Below, piece by piece: positions 46,277 to 55,754 of a stretch of DNA of 64,000 nucleotides (the first letter of the stretch is position 1; the number at the start of each line of letters is the position of its first letter). The notes under the pieces were generated by a model. That model ran no database searches. It saw only the letters and a list, made by a program, of their open reading frames with translations, and was not told the origin of the DNA. Location of the stretch: positions 1 through 64,000 of IMG/VR virus record IMGVR_UViG_3300037419_002279. One strand, given 5' to 3'. This stretch comes from a virus (taxonomy: Duplodnaviria > Caudoviricetes). Both the position numbers and the translations under genes were made by a program.

Positions 46277-46576
46277 TCAGCACCTCCAGCGGCAGATGAC
46301 GACGACGTCCGGCTGCGGCGGCTGCGCGGCGGCAACGGCAGCCAGTGCGATGATAGGCAGCAGCAGCAAACCGAGCGCGACATTCCCGGCGGTTTCGTTG
46401 TTTTTCTGCGTTTCTAGATTGGCTTCGGCCTGTCTTTGCGGCAGCCGGTCGCACGCGACCTTGTCGCCTTGCTGGCACCAGGCCTGATCCTGTTTGAGAT
46501 TGTCGTGCGCATAGGACGCACAGCCGGACAGAAGCGTCAGCGCCATCAGCGCCGCGCGAATGCGGTATTTTACCAT
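46277..46576 (-). CDS. Lipoprotein
   Basis: MVKYRIRAALMALTLLSG|C lipobox; second hydrophobic helix. Confidence 0.75.
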   Translation of the reverse strand: MVKYRIRAALMALTLLSGCASYAHDNLKQDQAWCQQGDKVACDRLPQRQAEANLETQKNNETAGNVALGLLLLPIIALAAVAAAQPPQPDVVVICRWRC

Positions 46577-46602
46577 AGGTTCGGTGTCCTTTTTGGTGGT
46601 TA

Positions 46603-47529
46603 CTAGATCGAGCGATCGTCAGTTGGCGTCCGCACCGGCGCCGGGCGGCTGAACGGCGGCGTTGGCGGCGCACTAGGGGCCGCAGATCCGGCAAACGGCT
46701 GTGTCGGCGGCGTAGCCGGGGCAACGGGCGGCTGTCGGCCGTAAGGCTGCGTCGCGAACTGCGTGCTATCGCGCATGCACGACAGCATGCGCAAAACCGC
46801 GACCTGCGACCCGCTCATCTTCGCGATCCAGGGCGTTTCGGTCCCGTCGGGGAAGCTGACAACCATACTGTTCGCCTGGGCAAGGCGCGTCAGAAACCGC
46901 TGCGGCGTGTCGATATCGAGTTCAACAAGCCCACCCCCGTTCGGATGCGCTGTTCCGATGCCCTCCCAGGGAACGTCCTGATCAAACTGCACCGTCATGT
47001 GCAGCCGTGTCCCGGCAGGAATGCGCCAGCTGTCTTTATGCAGGTGGATGACGAGGCTGTCGTCTTTCTTGAACCATTTGACGATGAAGACCTTGTCGGG
47101 ACCGGTGACCTTGACGCCGCACATCCAGGTGCCGTCGTTGACCGTGCCGGCAATGGTTGTCCATGCGCCGTACTGACTGATGGTGCGCACCTCGGCCCGG
47201 GCAGCGGGGATAAGCAAGCCGGCCGCCGCGACCGCCGCTAGGATCATGGATTTCATCGGCCGCGCCGCGCGCTGCGCCGCCGTCGGATAGGCATCGCCGA
47301 TGCAGATCGCACCGCCCCGGGGATGGATGCCGTAGATGATCGCGCGCCGGCCGTGGGCGCCGTGTTCGGCGTTCATCCGATCAGCGATCTGCTGCGCCTG
47401 GTCGCGGGTCGCGGCGTCTTCGCGGATCACCTCGTAAGGTGACTTACGAAACCAGACGGAAAAAGCGGTGCATTCCGCAATGCGCTGTCGCTCGTAAGTA
47501 TCGGCGGGATGTTCATGAGATCTAGGCAT
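46603..47529 (-). CDS. In-frame fusion: ~91-aa cytoplasmic phage protein + signal-peptide-bearing periplasmic protein (internal ATG 47256)
   Basis: FSVWFRKSP..MNAEHG.HGRRAIIY, then MKSMILAAVAAAGLLIPAARA|EVRT..YGAW. Confidence 0.6.
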   Translation of the reverse strand: MPRSHEHPADTYERQRIAECTAFSVWFRKSPYEVIREDAATRDQAQQIADRMNAEHGAHGRRAIIYGIHPRGGAICIGDAYPTAAQRAARPMKSMILAAVAAAGLLIPAARAEVRTISQYGAWTTIAGTVNDGTWMCGVKVTGPDKVFIVKWFKKDDSLVIHLHKDSWRIPAGTRLHMTVQFDQDVPWEGIGTAHPNGGGLVELDIDTPQRFLTRLAQANSMVVSFPDGTETPWIAKMSGSQVAVLRMLSCMRDSTQFATQPYGRQPPVAPATPPTQPFAGSAAPSAPPTPPFSRPAPVRTPTDDRSI

Positions 47530-47548
47530 CGATCGGTGTCCTTCGTTT

Positions 47549-47586
47549 CTGTGCGTTACGCACAGTTCATGTAAACGATCTGTGCG
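47549..47586. promoter_or_regulatory. Operator/promoter of the leftward envelope operon
   Basis: Perfect CTGTGCG-TTA-CGCACAG (47549-47565) plus ATCTGTGCG (47578-47586) flanking TTTACA. Confidence 0.7.
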
Positions 47587-47671
47587 CTAGGAGCAATTAC
47601 TCATCGATATGAAGTAAACCATGAGGACAGATTTAATTTTTTCGCACGCCATACAGGGCGGACCGGATTAA

Positions 47672-48130
47672 ATGTCGGACGCCCCACGCGGACGCGGCCG
47701 CCCGCCGCATATCCCGACACCCGAACAGCGCCGGCTGGTGCAGGTGCTGCGCAGCAACGGCACCGCGCTGCGGGTCATCGCGCGCAACCTGTCCCTCGAT
47801 GTGACGACGCTGCGCAAAGCCTACAAAGACGAATTGCGCGAAGGCCATGAATCCGTCGTCGCCGCCGTCGGCGCGGCGATCGTGCAGCAAGCGCTGAACG
47901 GCAATGTGCACGCGGCCAAGTACTGGCTGTCCACCCACGGCGGTCCGGAATGGAAAATCGTCGAGGGCCGTCAGATCGGCGGCATGCCCGGCGCTGATCC
48001 GATCCCGATCCAGCAATCAGGCGAATCGCGCGTCGTTATCGTGCTGCCGGATAACGGCCGCGACCGGGCGGCGATCGGCGATGCGCTCGGCTTAGGCGAC
48101 ACCGCCGAGGGCCGGACATTGAATGACTAG
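47672..48130 (+). CDS. terS: Terminase small subunit
   Basis: GRPPHIPT.EQR..TLRKAYKDEL..AAKYWL; precedes terL. Confidence 0.8.
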   Translation: MSDAPRGRGRPPHIPTPEQRRLVQVLRSNGTALRVIARNLSLDVTTLRKAYKDELREGHESVVAAVGAAIVQQALNGNVHAAKYWLSTHGGPEWKIVEGRQIGGMPGADPIPIQQSGESRVVIVLPDNGRDRAAIGDALGLGDTAEGRTLND

Positions 48131-49529
48131 GGAAATCCGGCCGAACCCCGGACCGCAATCGGATTTTCTGGCAAATGCCGCGGACCTGACGATTTTCGGC
48201 GGCGCGGCCGGCGGTGGAAAAACCTGGGCGCTGCTCCTCGAACCGCTGCGCCACGTCACCACAAACCCTGCTTTCGCCGCGGTCTGCTTCCGCCGCACGA
48301 CGGTGCAGATCAGAAATCCCGGCGGGCTGTGGGATCAGTCAATGCGGCTATATCCGCTGATCGGCGGCATCCCGGCCGGACAGCCGCTCGAATGGCGCTG
48401 GAAAAACGGCGGGAAAATCAAATTCGCGCACCTCGAACACGAAAATAACAAACTCGACTGGCACGGCAGCGAAATCCCGCTGCTGCTGTTCGACGAACTG
48501 ACGCATTTTACCGCCACGCAGTTTTGGTATTTGTTGAGCCGCAATCGCTCGATGTCCGGCGTCGCCGGCTATGTCCGCGCATCCTGTAATGCCGACGCCG
48601 ATAGCTGGGTCGCACAACTGATCGAATGGTGGATCGACCAGACGACGGGCCTGCCGATCCGCGAACGCTGCGGCGCGTTGCGCTGGTTTGTCCGCATATC
48701 CGACGAAATGATCTGGGCGGATGATCCGGACACGCTGCGCCGCGATTATCCGGGCTCGCTGCCGAAGTCGCTGACGTTTATTGCCGCGACCCTCGATGAC
48801 AACCCCGCGCTAAATGCGGTCGATCCCGGCTACCGCGCGAACCTGATGGCGCTGCAACGCGTCGAGCGCGAACGGCTGCTCGGCGGCAATTGGCTGATCC
48901 GCGCGTCCGCCGGTAATTTCTTCCAGGCCGGCTGGTGCGAATTCATCGATGCGGCCCCCGCCGGGATGACCGAAGTGCGCGGATGGGATTTAGCAGGCAC
49001 GCGCGACGACGGCACGAATGACCCCGACTGGACGACCGGCACACGCATGGGCCGCACCCCTGACGGCCGCTACGTCGTGCTCGATCATGTCTGGATGCGC
49101 GGCACCCCGGGGCAGGTCGAACGGCTGATCTACAACACAGCGACTCAGGACGGGAAGAAGGTCGCGATCAGTCTGCCGAAGGATCCCGGACAGGCCGGCG
49201 TCGCACAGGTCCTGGCGTTGACTAAGATGCTCGCCGGCTGGATCGTCAAATCGTCACCCGAGTCAGGCGATAAGGAAACGCGCTTTTCCCCGTTCAGCGC
49301 CCAGGCCGAGGCCGGCAATGTGCTGGTGCTGCGCGGGCCGTGGATCCAGCGCTGGATCAGGCAACTCGAAGGCTTTCCGGAGGCGCCGCATGATGACGAT
49401 GCTGACAGCACCGCGCGCGCCTTCAACTTCCTTGCCGAGCGGCCGGCCGTGCGCCGCTTTTCCGATGCCGCCCTGCTGCGCGCGGCCCAGCGCCGCGACG
49501 GCGGCCCGGTTGTGAGCCGGCCGTTTTGA
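48123..49529 (+). CDS. terL: Terminase large subunit
   Basis: FGGAAGGGKT Walker A; LLFDELTHF Walker B; RGWDLA..HDDDADS nuclease. Confidence 0.95.
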   Translation: MTREIRPNPGPQSDFLANAADLTIFGGAAGGGKTWALLLEPLRHVTTNPAFAAVCFRRTTVQIRNPGGLWDQSMRLYPLIGGIPAGQPLEWRWKNGGKIKFAHLEHENNKLDWHGSEIPLLLFDELTHFTATQFWYLLSRNRSMSGVAGYVRASCNADADSWVAQLIEWWIDQTTGLPIRERCGALRWFVRISDEMIWADDPDTLRRDYPGSLPKSLTFIAATLDDNPALNAVDPGYRANLMALQRVERERLLGGNWLIRASAGNFFQAGWCEFIDAAPAGMTEVRGWDLAGTRDDGTNDPDWTTGTRMGRTPDGRYVVLDHVWMRGTPGQVERLIYNTATQDGKKVAISLPKDPGQAGVAQVLALTKMLAGWIVKSSPESGDKETRFSPFSAQAEAGNVLVLRGPWIQRWIRQLEGFPEAPHDDDADSTARAFNFLAERPAVRRFSDAALLRAAQRRDGGPVVSRPF

Positions 49530-51502
49530 TTTCCTGGGCAACGATCACCGCCGCGGCCAGCCTGCTGCTGGGGCGTACCGCGCCGCCCGCACCGGCCCCG
49601 GCCCCGGTGCCCGAGCCGCGCCGCATTCGCCACACAGCACCCGGCCCGTCGCGCCCGACCGTGACGCCCTGGCAGATCGCAGCACCCCCGCCCGGCGTCG
49701 TGCCCGAAGGGGCGGCGACGATGGCGCAGGACGATGCCCTGACCGGGCTGTATGCCTACGCGTCCGCGTCGAACGTCTGGGGCGAAGGGCTGCAATGGTT
49801 CGGCTATCCGTTCCTCGCCGAACTCGCGCAGCGTGCCGAATACCGGCAGATCAGCGAGACGCTTGCGAAGGAAATGACCCGCAAATGGATCACGATCCAG
49901 GCCACCGGGTCCGACGACGGCAAGGCCGATAAGGTCCGCGCGCTCGAGCTCGCCTTCAAGCGGCTGAAGGTCCAGCAGGCATTCCGCCGTGCCGCCGAAT
50001 TGGACGGATTATTCGGCCGGGCACAAATCTATATCGACACCGGCTGCACGGATGATCCGGACGAACTGCGCACGCGGCTGACGCCGACGCCGGAAAAGAT
50101 CAGCCGCGGCGGGCTGAAGGGCCTGCGCGTCGTCGAGCCGCTGTGGACCTATCCGACCGACTACAACAGCATCGACCCGCTGCGCCCGAATTACTTCGTC
50201 CCGCGCGCCTGGTTCGTGCAGGGCCGGCACATCGATGCGACACGGCTGCTGACCTTTGTCAGCCGCGAAATGCCCGACATGCTGAAGCCGGCCTATAGCT
50301 TCGGCGGCCTGTCGATGTCGCAACTCGCCTACCCGTATGTCGAAAATTGGCTCCGGACTCGGCAGTCCGTCAGCGACATGCTGCACACCTTCAGCGTCAC
50401 CGGGCTGAAGACGAATATGCAGGTGATGACCGACGACGAGGTGTTTCAGAAGGCGCAGTTCTTCAACAATTTCCGCGACAACCGCGGCCTGATGATGATC
50501 GACAAAGAGGCCGACGACTTCTTCAACATCAGTGCACCGTTGGGTGGGCTCGATCACCTGCAAGCGCAGGCGCAAGAGCAGATGGCTTCGGTCGCGCGCA
50601 TCCCGCTTGTCGTGCTGCTGGGCATCACGCCGTCGGGGCTGAACGCATCATCGGACGGCGAAATCCGCACCTTCTATGCGTGGATCGAGGCGCAGCAGGA
50701 AGCGCTGTTCGCCGACCATCTAAACACCGTCCTTAAATACGTGCAGCTATCCGAATTCGGCGAGGTCGATCCCGAGATCGGTTTCCGCTTCAACCCGTGC
50801 TGGACGCTGGACGAAGAAAAGCAGGCGACGGTGCGCAAGACGCAGGCCGACACCGCGGCCGTCTACATTCAAGCCGGGGTGTTGTCGCCGCACGAAGAGC
50901 GCGAACGGATCGCGCAGGACGAGGACAGCCCGTATGCCGCGCTGGATCTCGCCGATCGCGAAGACCCGACGCCGCCGGCTGATCCGGCCGCTGAGGGCGA
51001 TCCACTGTCCGAACCTGACAACGACAATCAGCCGCCGCCGGGACGTCCGGACCTGCCCCACCCCGCCGGGGTAGGCCGTCCGGATGTGGGCCGGCCTGGT
51101 GGCCCCGGGCGGCCGGCTGCCAGCCGCCCGGTCGGCCCCGGACGCCCGGACGTGGCCCGCGGTGCGCAGGACATCAGCCTGTGGGATCTCGACTGGCTGC
51201 TCGACAAATACGCCCATGTCTTTGGACAGCGCCCGTCCTGGGACATCCCGCCGCACGCCTATCCGCAGGCGGCGCTGGCGCTGACGCAGGCGATCGCCAC
51301 CGGCGAGCCGGTCGATGACGACGCCGAATTCGACGACGCCGAGGCCGGGGGATTTGGTGAGGACGCCGGCTTCGAGGAAGCCGACCACCCCCGTGACCAG
51401 GGCGGCAAGTTCACCTCAGGCGCCGGATCGGGCGGCGGTTCGACAAAAGGTCCGACCGAAAAGGCTAAAGGTCGAACTAGCATTCAGCGACGGCCGGCGT
51501 AG
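49526..51502 (+). CDS. Portal protein (DUF1073) with long C-terminal extension
   Basis: GYPFLAELAQRAEY..EMTRKWI..IPLVVLLGITPSGLNASSDGEI; extension ends in HPRDQGGKFTSG. Confidence 0.9.
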   Translation: MISWATITAAASLLLGRTAPPAPAPAPVPEPRRIRHTAPGPSRPTVTPWQIAAPPPGVVPEGAATMAQDDALTGLYAYASASNVWGEGLQWFGYPFLAELAQRAEYRQISETLAKEMTRKWITIQATGSDDGKADKVRALELAFKRLKVQQAFRRAAELDGLFGRAQIYIDTGCTDDPDELRTRLTPTPEKISRGGLKGLRVVEPLWTYPTDYNSIDPLRPNYFVPRAWFVQGRHIDATRLLTFVSREMPDMLKPAYSFGGLSMSQLAYPYVENWLRTRQSVSDMLHTFSVTGLKTNMQVMTDDEVFQKAQFFNNFRDNRGLMMIDKEADDFFNISAPLGGLDHLQAQAQEQMASVARIPLVVLLGITPSGLNASSDGEIRTFYAWIEAQQEALFADHLNTVLKYVQLSEFGEVDPEIGFRFNPCWTLDEEKQATVRKTQADTAAVYIQAGVLSPHEERERIAQDEDSPYAALDLADREDPTPPADPAAEGDPLSEPDNDNQPPPGRPDLPHPAGVGRPDVGRPGGPGRPAASRPVGPGRPDVARGAQDISLWDLDWLLDKYAHVFGQRPSWDIPPHAYPQAALALTQAIATGEPVDDDAEFDDAEAGGFGEDAGFEEADHPRDQGGKFTSGAGSGGGSTKGPTEKAKGRTSIQRRPA

Positions 51503-51546
51503 CCACCTTTAACAAGGGCACCGCACCGCCGGCCGAACTGAACGGT

Positions 51547-52845
51547 GTGCCCTTCAAGTCCTGGAAGCCCCCGCACAACGCGGCGGCGTGGAAGCTGCTC
51601 GCCCATGTCGGGCCGGCGTTCGACGAACCGCCGCTGCCGCCGGTGCCGAAGGGCATGAAGCAGGGCGCGGGCGTCATCGTCCGCGAGCCCGACGGCCGCA
51701 TCTGGCTGATGCATCCGAAAAAGGGTTACGGCGGCTACAAGGCGACCTTCCCCAAGGGCACAGTCGAGTCCGACATCGGGCCGCGCGCAACCGCGATCAA
51801 AGAGGCCTACGAAGAAACCGGCCTGCATGTCCGCCTGACCGGCTACGCGGGCGATGTGAAGCGCACGACGTCGGTCGGCCGCTACTACTACGCCGAACGG
51901 GTCGGCGGCACGCCGGCCGATGCCGGCTGGGAAGCGTCCGGCGTCAGCCTGGCCGAACCGGACGCGCTGCATAAGCTGCTGAACGCCCCGCACGATAAGG
52001 CGCTGGCGTCCGCGGTGACCGGCGGGGCGCCCCTGCCGCCGGTAGAGTCCGCACCCGACAAAGCGCCGACAAAAACCGACGACGCGCCGACGAAAGCCGG
52101 CGGCGTTCCTGAAAAGGCCCCGGCAAATCCGACAAAGGCACAGGATGTTCCCGACATAAGCGCCTGGAAGAAGGTCGGCGCGCAACTCGGCTCGAACCCC
52201 GGCGGCACCTACACCGACCCGTCGGGCGCGAAGTGGTACGCGAAGCAGCAGAAGTCCGAACATCACGCGCGCAACGAGGCGCTCGCCTCGGCGCTGTATC
52301 AGGCCGCCGGTTCGCCCGTCGTCAACAGCAAGCTGGTCAAGTTCGGCGACACCTGGGGCACGGCGACGCCCTGGCTCGACGGCGAGAAGCACGACATCGG
52401 ATCGAAGCCTTCGCAGGCGGATCGCGACGCCGCGGCGGAAGACTTCGCGACGCATGCCTGGCTGTCGAACCGCGACGCGGTCGGCCTCGATTATACGAAC
52501 CAGGCGAAAATCGACGGCAAGATGCGCACGATGGACGTCGGCGGCGCGCTGGAATTCCGTGCGCAAGGCGGGAAGAAGCCCAGCTTCGGCGATACCGCGG
52601 ACGAATGGGACAGCCTGCGCAACGCCGGGATCAACCCGCAGACGCATGCCGTCTACGGCGCGATGACGCCGGCACAACTGAAGGCCTCGGCCGCGAAGGT
52701 CGCAGCGGTCCCGGATCAGACAATCCGGACCCTGGTCGATCAGCATGGGCACGGCGACGCGGCGGCAAAGAAGGCGCTCGCCGAGAAGCTGATCGCGCGC
52801 AAGGCCGACATCGCGGCCCGGGCCGCCGCCCTGTCCGACAAATAG
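51547..52845 (+). CDS. NUDIX hydrolase + HipA/PI3-4-kinase-like protein (frame open from 51481, probably continuing the portal extension)
   Basis: FPKGTVE..AIKEAYEETGL Nudix box; LGSNPGG..WYAK..NEALAS.LY..NRD..N..MDVGG. Confidence 0.8.
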   Translation: MPFKSWKPPHNAAAWKLLAHVGPAFDEPPLPPVPKGMKQGAGVIVREPDGRIWLMHPKKGYGGYKATFPKGTVESDIGPRATAIKEAYEETGLHVRLTGYAGDVKRTTSVGRYYYAERVGGTPADAGWEASGVSLAEPDALHKLLNAPHDKALASAVTGGAPLPPVESAPDKAPTKTDDAPTKAGGVPEKAPANPTKAQDVPDISAWKKVGAQLGSNPGGTYTDPSGAKWYAKQQKSEHHARNEALASALYQAAGSPVVNSKLVKFGDTWGTATPWLDGEKHDIGSKPSQADRDAAAEDFATHAWLSNRDAVGLDYTNQAKIDGKMRTMDVGGALEFRAQGGKKPSFGDTADEWDSLRNAGINPQTHAVYGAMTPAQLKASAAKVAAVPDQTIRTLVDQHGHGDAAAKKALAEKLIARKADIAARAAALSDK

Positions 52846-52867
52846 TCGAACCGCGGAAGGGGAAGGT

Positions 52868-55702
52868 ATGACCGATGCCCTGTTCCCGCGGGCCGGCACC
52901 TGCCGCCGTGCGATCCCCCGCCTGATCCTGCCCCGCCCCGGGCTGATGGCGCGCGACGACTGGCAGGCGCACCTGCACCCGCGCGACGAGACGGGCAAGT
53001 TCACGTCCGGCCCCGGATCGCATGCAGAGTCGACGCCGAAGCATCCGGCCTGGATGGGCAAGACCGGCCAGGCGTTCTACGACGAAGTCGTCAACGGCCT
53101 CGGCTCGAAGCATCACGACGAAATTGCCCAGGCGCTGAAGGACAAGGCCGCGACGCTGAAGGCCGGCGACTATTCGTCCTATGCGAACAAGCTGCTGGCG
53201 CACGTCGAACAGGCGCACGGGCTGGAAAAGGGCAAGCTCGGCAAGGCAAAGCCGATGGGCAAGGCGGCCCCGCCGGCCGCGAAGGAACCGCCGGCACCGG
53301 CGCCCGAACCCGCGAAGGCACCCGACGTCGACGCCGAGTTCAAGTCGATGGTCGACGAAGCCCTGGCGACCGGAAGTCCGCAGCAGCACGCCGAATTCCT
53401 CGAAGGTCTGATCCCGCACACCGAAGGCGCGAAGAAGGCATACCTTGAGGGTCAGCTTGCTGATCTGAAGGGCAAGATCGCCGCCGGCACGGCGAAGGGC
53501 GAAGCGACCGAAGCGCCGCTATCGGCGGAAAAGGCCGCGCGCAAAGCCGAGATCGAAGCCGCCGAGGAACCGGCTGCACCGCCGCCGGAAATCGCAGCGC
53601 TGCCCGATCCGGCGACGAAGGTGCAGAAGAATATTCACGACCTGATGCAGTCCGACCTGCCGGTCGAGAGCATCAAGCAGAAGATCGCGAACATCGCCGA
53701 GGCGTCGCAGCACCCGCCGAACAAGGCGTATGCCGAACAGGCCCTGGCGCTGCTGGAACAACAGGCCGGCACAGCCGCGCCGTCGATGCAGGACGAAGCC
53801 TACGCCGAAGCGTCGAAGGCGCTCACGGAAAAGGGCAACATCGGCTTCTGGCTTGACCTGGCGAACAGCAACGGCGTCGATCCGGACGCCGCGGTCGGGA
53901 TCAAGCAGGCGATCGCCGAATGGCAGGACGCCAATCCGCCCGACGACGATGAGCCCGCGTTCTTCGCGCCGGCGGAACCTGAAGCGCCCGAACCGGCGGC
54001 GCCGATGACGACCGAACAGGTCGACTCCCTCTATCCGGACGTGTCGGTCGACCTGAAAAGCGCATGGAATGAAGAGATCGCGAAGAACAAGAAAGGCGCG
54101 ATCAAGGACCTTGAGAACGTCATCAAGCATTTTTCCGACAAAACGCCCGAGGCGGAAGTCTCGTGGATGAAGGACAAGGTCGCGGCGCTGAAGGGCGAAG
54201 GCACCGCGCCGGCCCCGCCGGCCGACACCGATCTTCCGAAGCCGGCGAACCCCGCGCAAGAAATCATGGCGTCGGCCCTGACAAAGACCGGCGTCTTTGC
54301 GGACGCATCGCCCGAGACCACCGAGGCGGCGTTCCAGCAGTGGCTCGCCAGCCCGCACATGGCGCCGGAAGACAAGGAATACGCGAAGAAGGTCATCGCG
54401 AAGATGGGCGCCGAGACCGGCGCCGCCCCGGCCGCCCCGGCGCCGATGACGTCAGAACAGGTCGACGCCGCGCATCCGGATGTCACGGAAACCCTGAAGA
54501 AGAACTGGAATCAGTCGATCGCGCAGGATCCGGCAGGGTCGGCGGCAACCTTGCAGAAATACCTAGAGGTCGGCGCCGGTCTGAGCCCGACGCTCAAAGC
54601 CTGGATGAAGGACAAGGTGGCAGCCCTGAACGCCGCCGGTCACGGCACTGCTGCCCCGGCCGAACCCCCGGCGCCACCGCCCGAGCCGCCGGTCAGCCTG
54701 CCCGCGCCGCACCCGTCGTCGAAGGGCCAGACCCTGGTGCACGGCATTGCATCCGGCGAAGGCAGCAAGGCCGACAAGATCGCCAAGATCAAGCAGGCGG
54801 TCGCCGACGACCCGCACCACTTCCCGGCCGGCGGCTACGCGAAGAAGTACGCCGATCAGCTTATCGCGGCCCTGGGCGGCGACCAGACGGCGCAGCAGGC
54901 GGCGCCCAAGCCGGCCGCAGCCGCGGCACCGGCCGCGCCCGCAGCAAAGCCCGCAGCGGCCGACCCGGCGCTGCACACGGCCCCGGCCGGTTCGGCGACG
55001 CACGAGGACGATCACGCCGCGCCGATCCCGGCGTATTTCGTCAACCAGGGCATGAAGGCGAAAAGCCGGGTCAGCGCGCACGACACGCTGAAGCGCATCC
55101 AGAACATCAAGGCGGTTGCCGCGAACGCAAAGACGGTCACGTCGATCACCACGGCGGCGGCGAAGAAGCTCTGCCCGACGGCGACATCGGCCTGGTGGAA
55201 GACAAACGCCGATGCCTCGGTGATCAGCGCAATCCAAAGCTACTCGGGTAGCGGCTACGGCACCATGAACGCGGTGCTGCGCGGCGACAGCAACGACCCG
55301 GCTGCGCTGGCGAAGATCAACCATATCGACGATATGTTCGAGCACGACGAGGCCGCCGTGACCGACGACGTGATCGTGCACCGCGGGGAAAATCTGACGG
55401 ACGACACCGTCATTGCCAAATGGGAAGCGGCGCTGAAGGCCGGCAAGCCGGTGCGCGAGATCAAGCACGGCTTCACGTCCGCATCCCTTGCCGATCACGC
55501 GGCCTTTTCCCACCACAACGTCCAGTATCAGATCACCGTCCGCAAAGGGTCGCGGATGCTGGGCATCGGCGTCAAAGGCGTCTCGGGTTACGGCTCGGAC
55601 GAAAACGAAGTGCTGCTGCGCCACGGCCAGACGTTCGAAATCTACGACATCACACGAGCGAGCAACGGCCGCGTGTTCGTCAAGATGGCCGTCACAACTT
55701 AG
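52868..55702 (+). CDS. Head-associated protein with C-terminal ADP-ribosyltransferase (VIP2-like, R-S-E)
   Basis: HPRDETGKFTSG N-terminus; SYSGSGYGTMN.VLR, HRG (55379), FTSAS (55472), ENE (55601). Confidence 0.85.
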   Translation: MTDALFPRAGTCRRAIPRLILPRPGLMARDDWQAHLHPRDETGKFTSGPGSHAESTPKHPAWMGKTGQAFYDEVVNGLGSKHHDEIAQALKDKAATLKAGDYSSYANKLLAHVEQAHGLEKGKLGKAKPMGKAAPPAAKEPPAPAPEPAKAPDVDAEFKSMVDEALATGSPQQHAEFLEGLIPHTEGAKKAYLEGQLADLKGKIAAGTAKGEATEAPLSAEKAARKAEIEAAEEPAAPPPEIAALPDPATKVQKNIHDLMQSDLPVESIKQKIANIAEASQHPPNKAYAEQALALLEQQAGTAAPSMQDEAYAEASKALTEKGNIGFWLDLANSNGVDPDAAVGIKQAIAEWQDANPPDDDEPAFFAPAEPEAPEPAAPMTTEQVDSLYPDVSVDLKSAWNEEIAKNKKGAIKDLENVIKHFSDKTPEAEVSWMKDKVAALKGEGTAPAPPADTDLPKPANPAQEIMASALTKTGVFADASPETTEAAFQQWLASPHMAPEDKEYAKKVIAKMGAETGAAPAAPAPMTSEQVDAAHPDVTETLKKNWNQSIAQDPAGSAATLQKYLEVGAGLSPTLKAWMKDKVAALNAAGHGTAAPAEPPAPPPEPPVSLPAPHPSSKGQTLVHGIASGEGSKADKIAKIKQAVADDPHHFPAGGYAKKYADQLIAALGGDQTAQQAAPKPAAAAAPAAPAAKPAAADPALHTAPAGSATHEDDHAAPIPAYFVNQGMKAKSRVSAHDTLKRIQNIKAVAANAKTVTSITTAAAKKLCPTATSAWWKTNADASVISAIQSYSGSGYGTMNAVLRGDSNDPAALAKINHIDDMFEHDEAAVTDDVIVHRGENLTDDTVIAKWEAALKAGKPVREIKHGFTSASLADHAAFSHHNVQYQITVRKGSRMLGIGVKGVSGYGSDENEVLLRHGQTFEIYDITRASNGRVFVKMAVTT

Positions 55703-55754
55703 GCTAGCTCCGATACCCGCGATTGCTATACAATCGCAACGGAAGGATTAGGAC

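Noticed and set aside
49526-51000. Anti-CBASS Acb1 label sometimes attached to DUF1073 proteins
   Set aside because: Position after terL and the motifs fit a portal; no HxT phosphoesterase motifs were identified.
51481-51502. Canonical programmed -1 frameshift
   Set aside because: No XXXYYYZ heptamer in the overlap, so the mechanism is left open.
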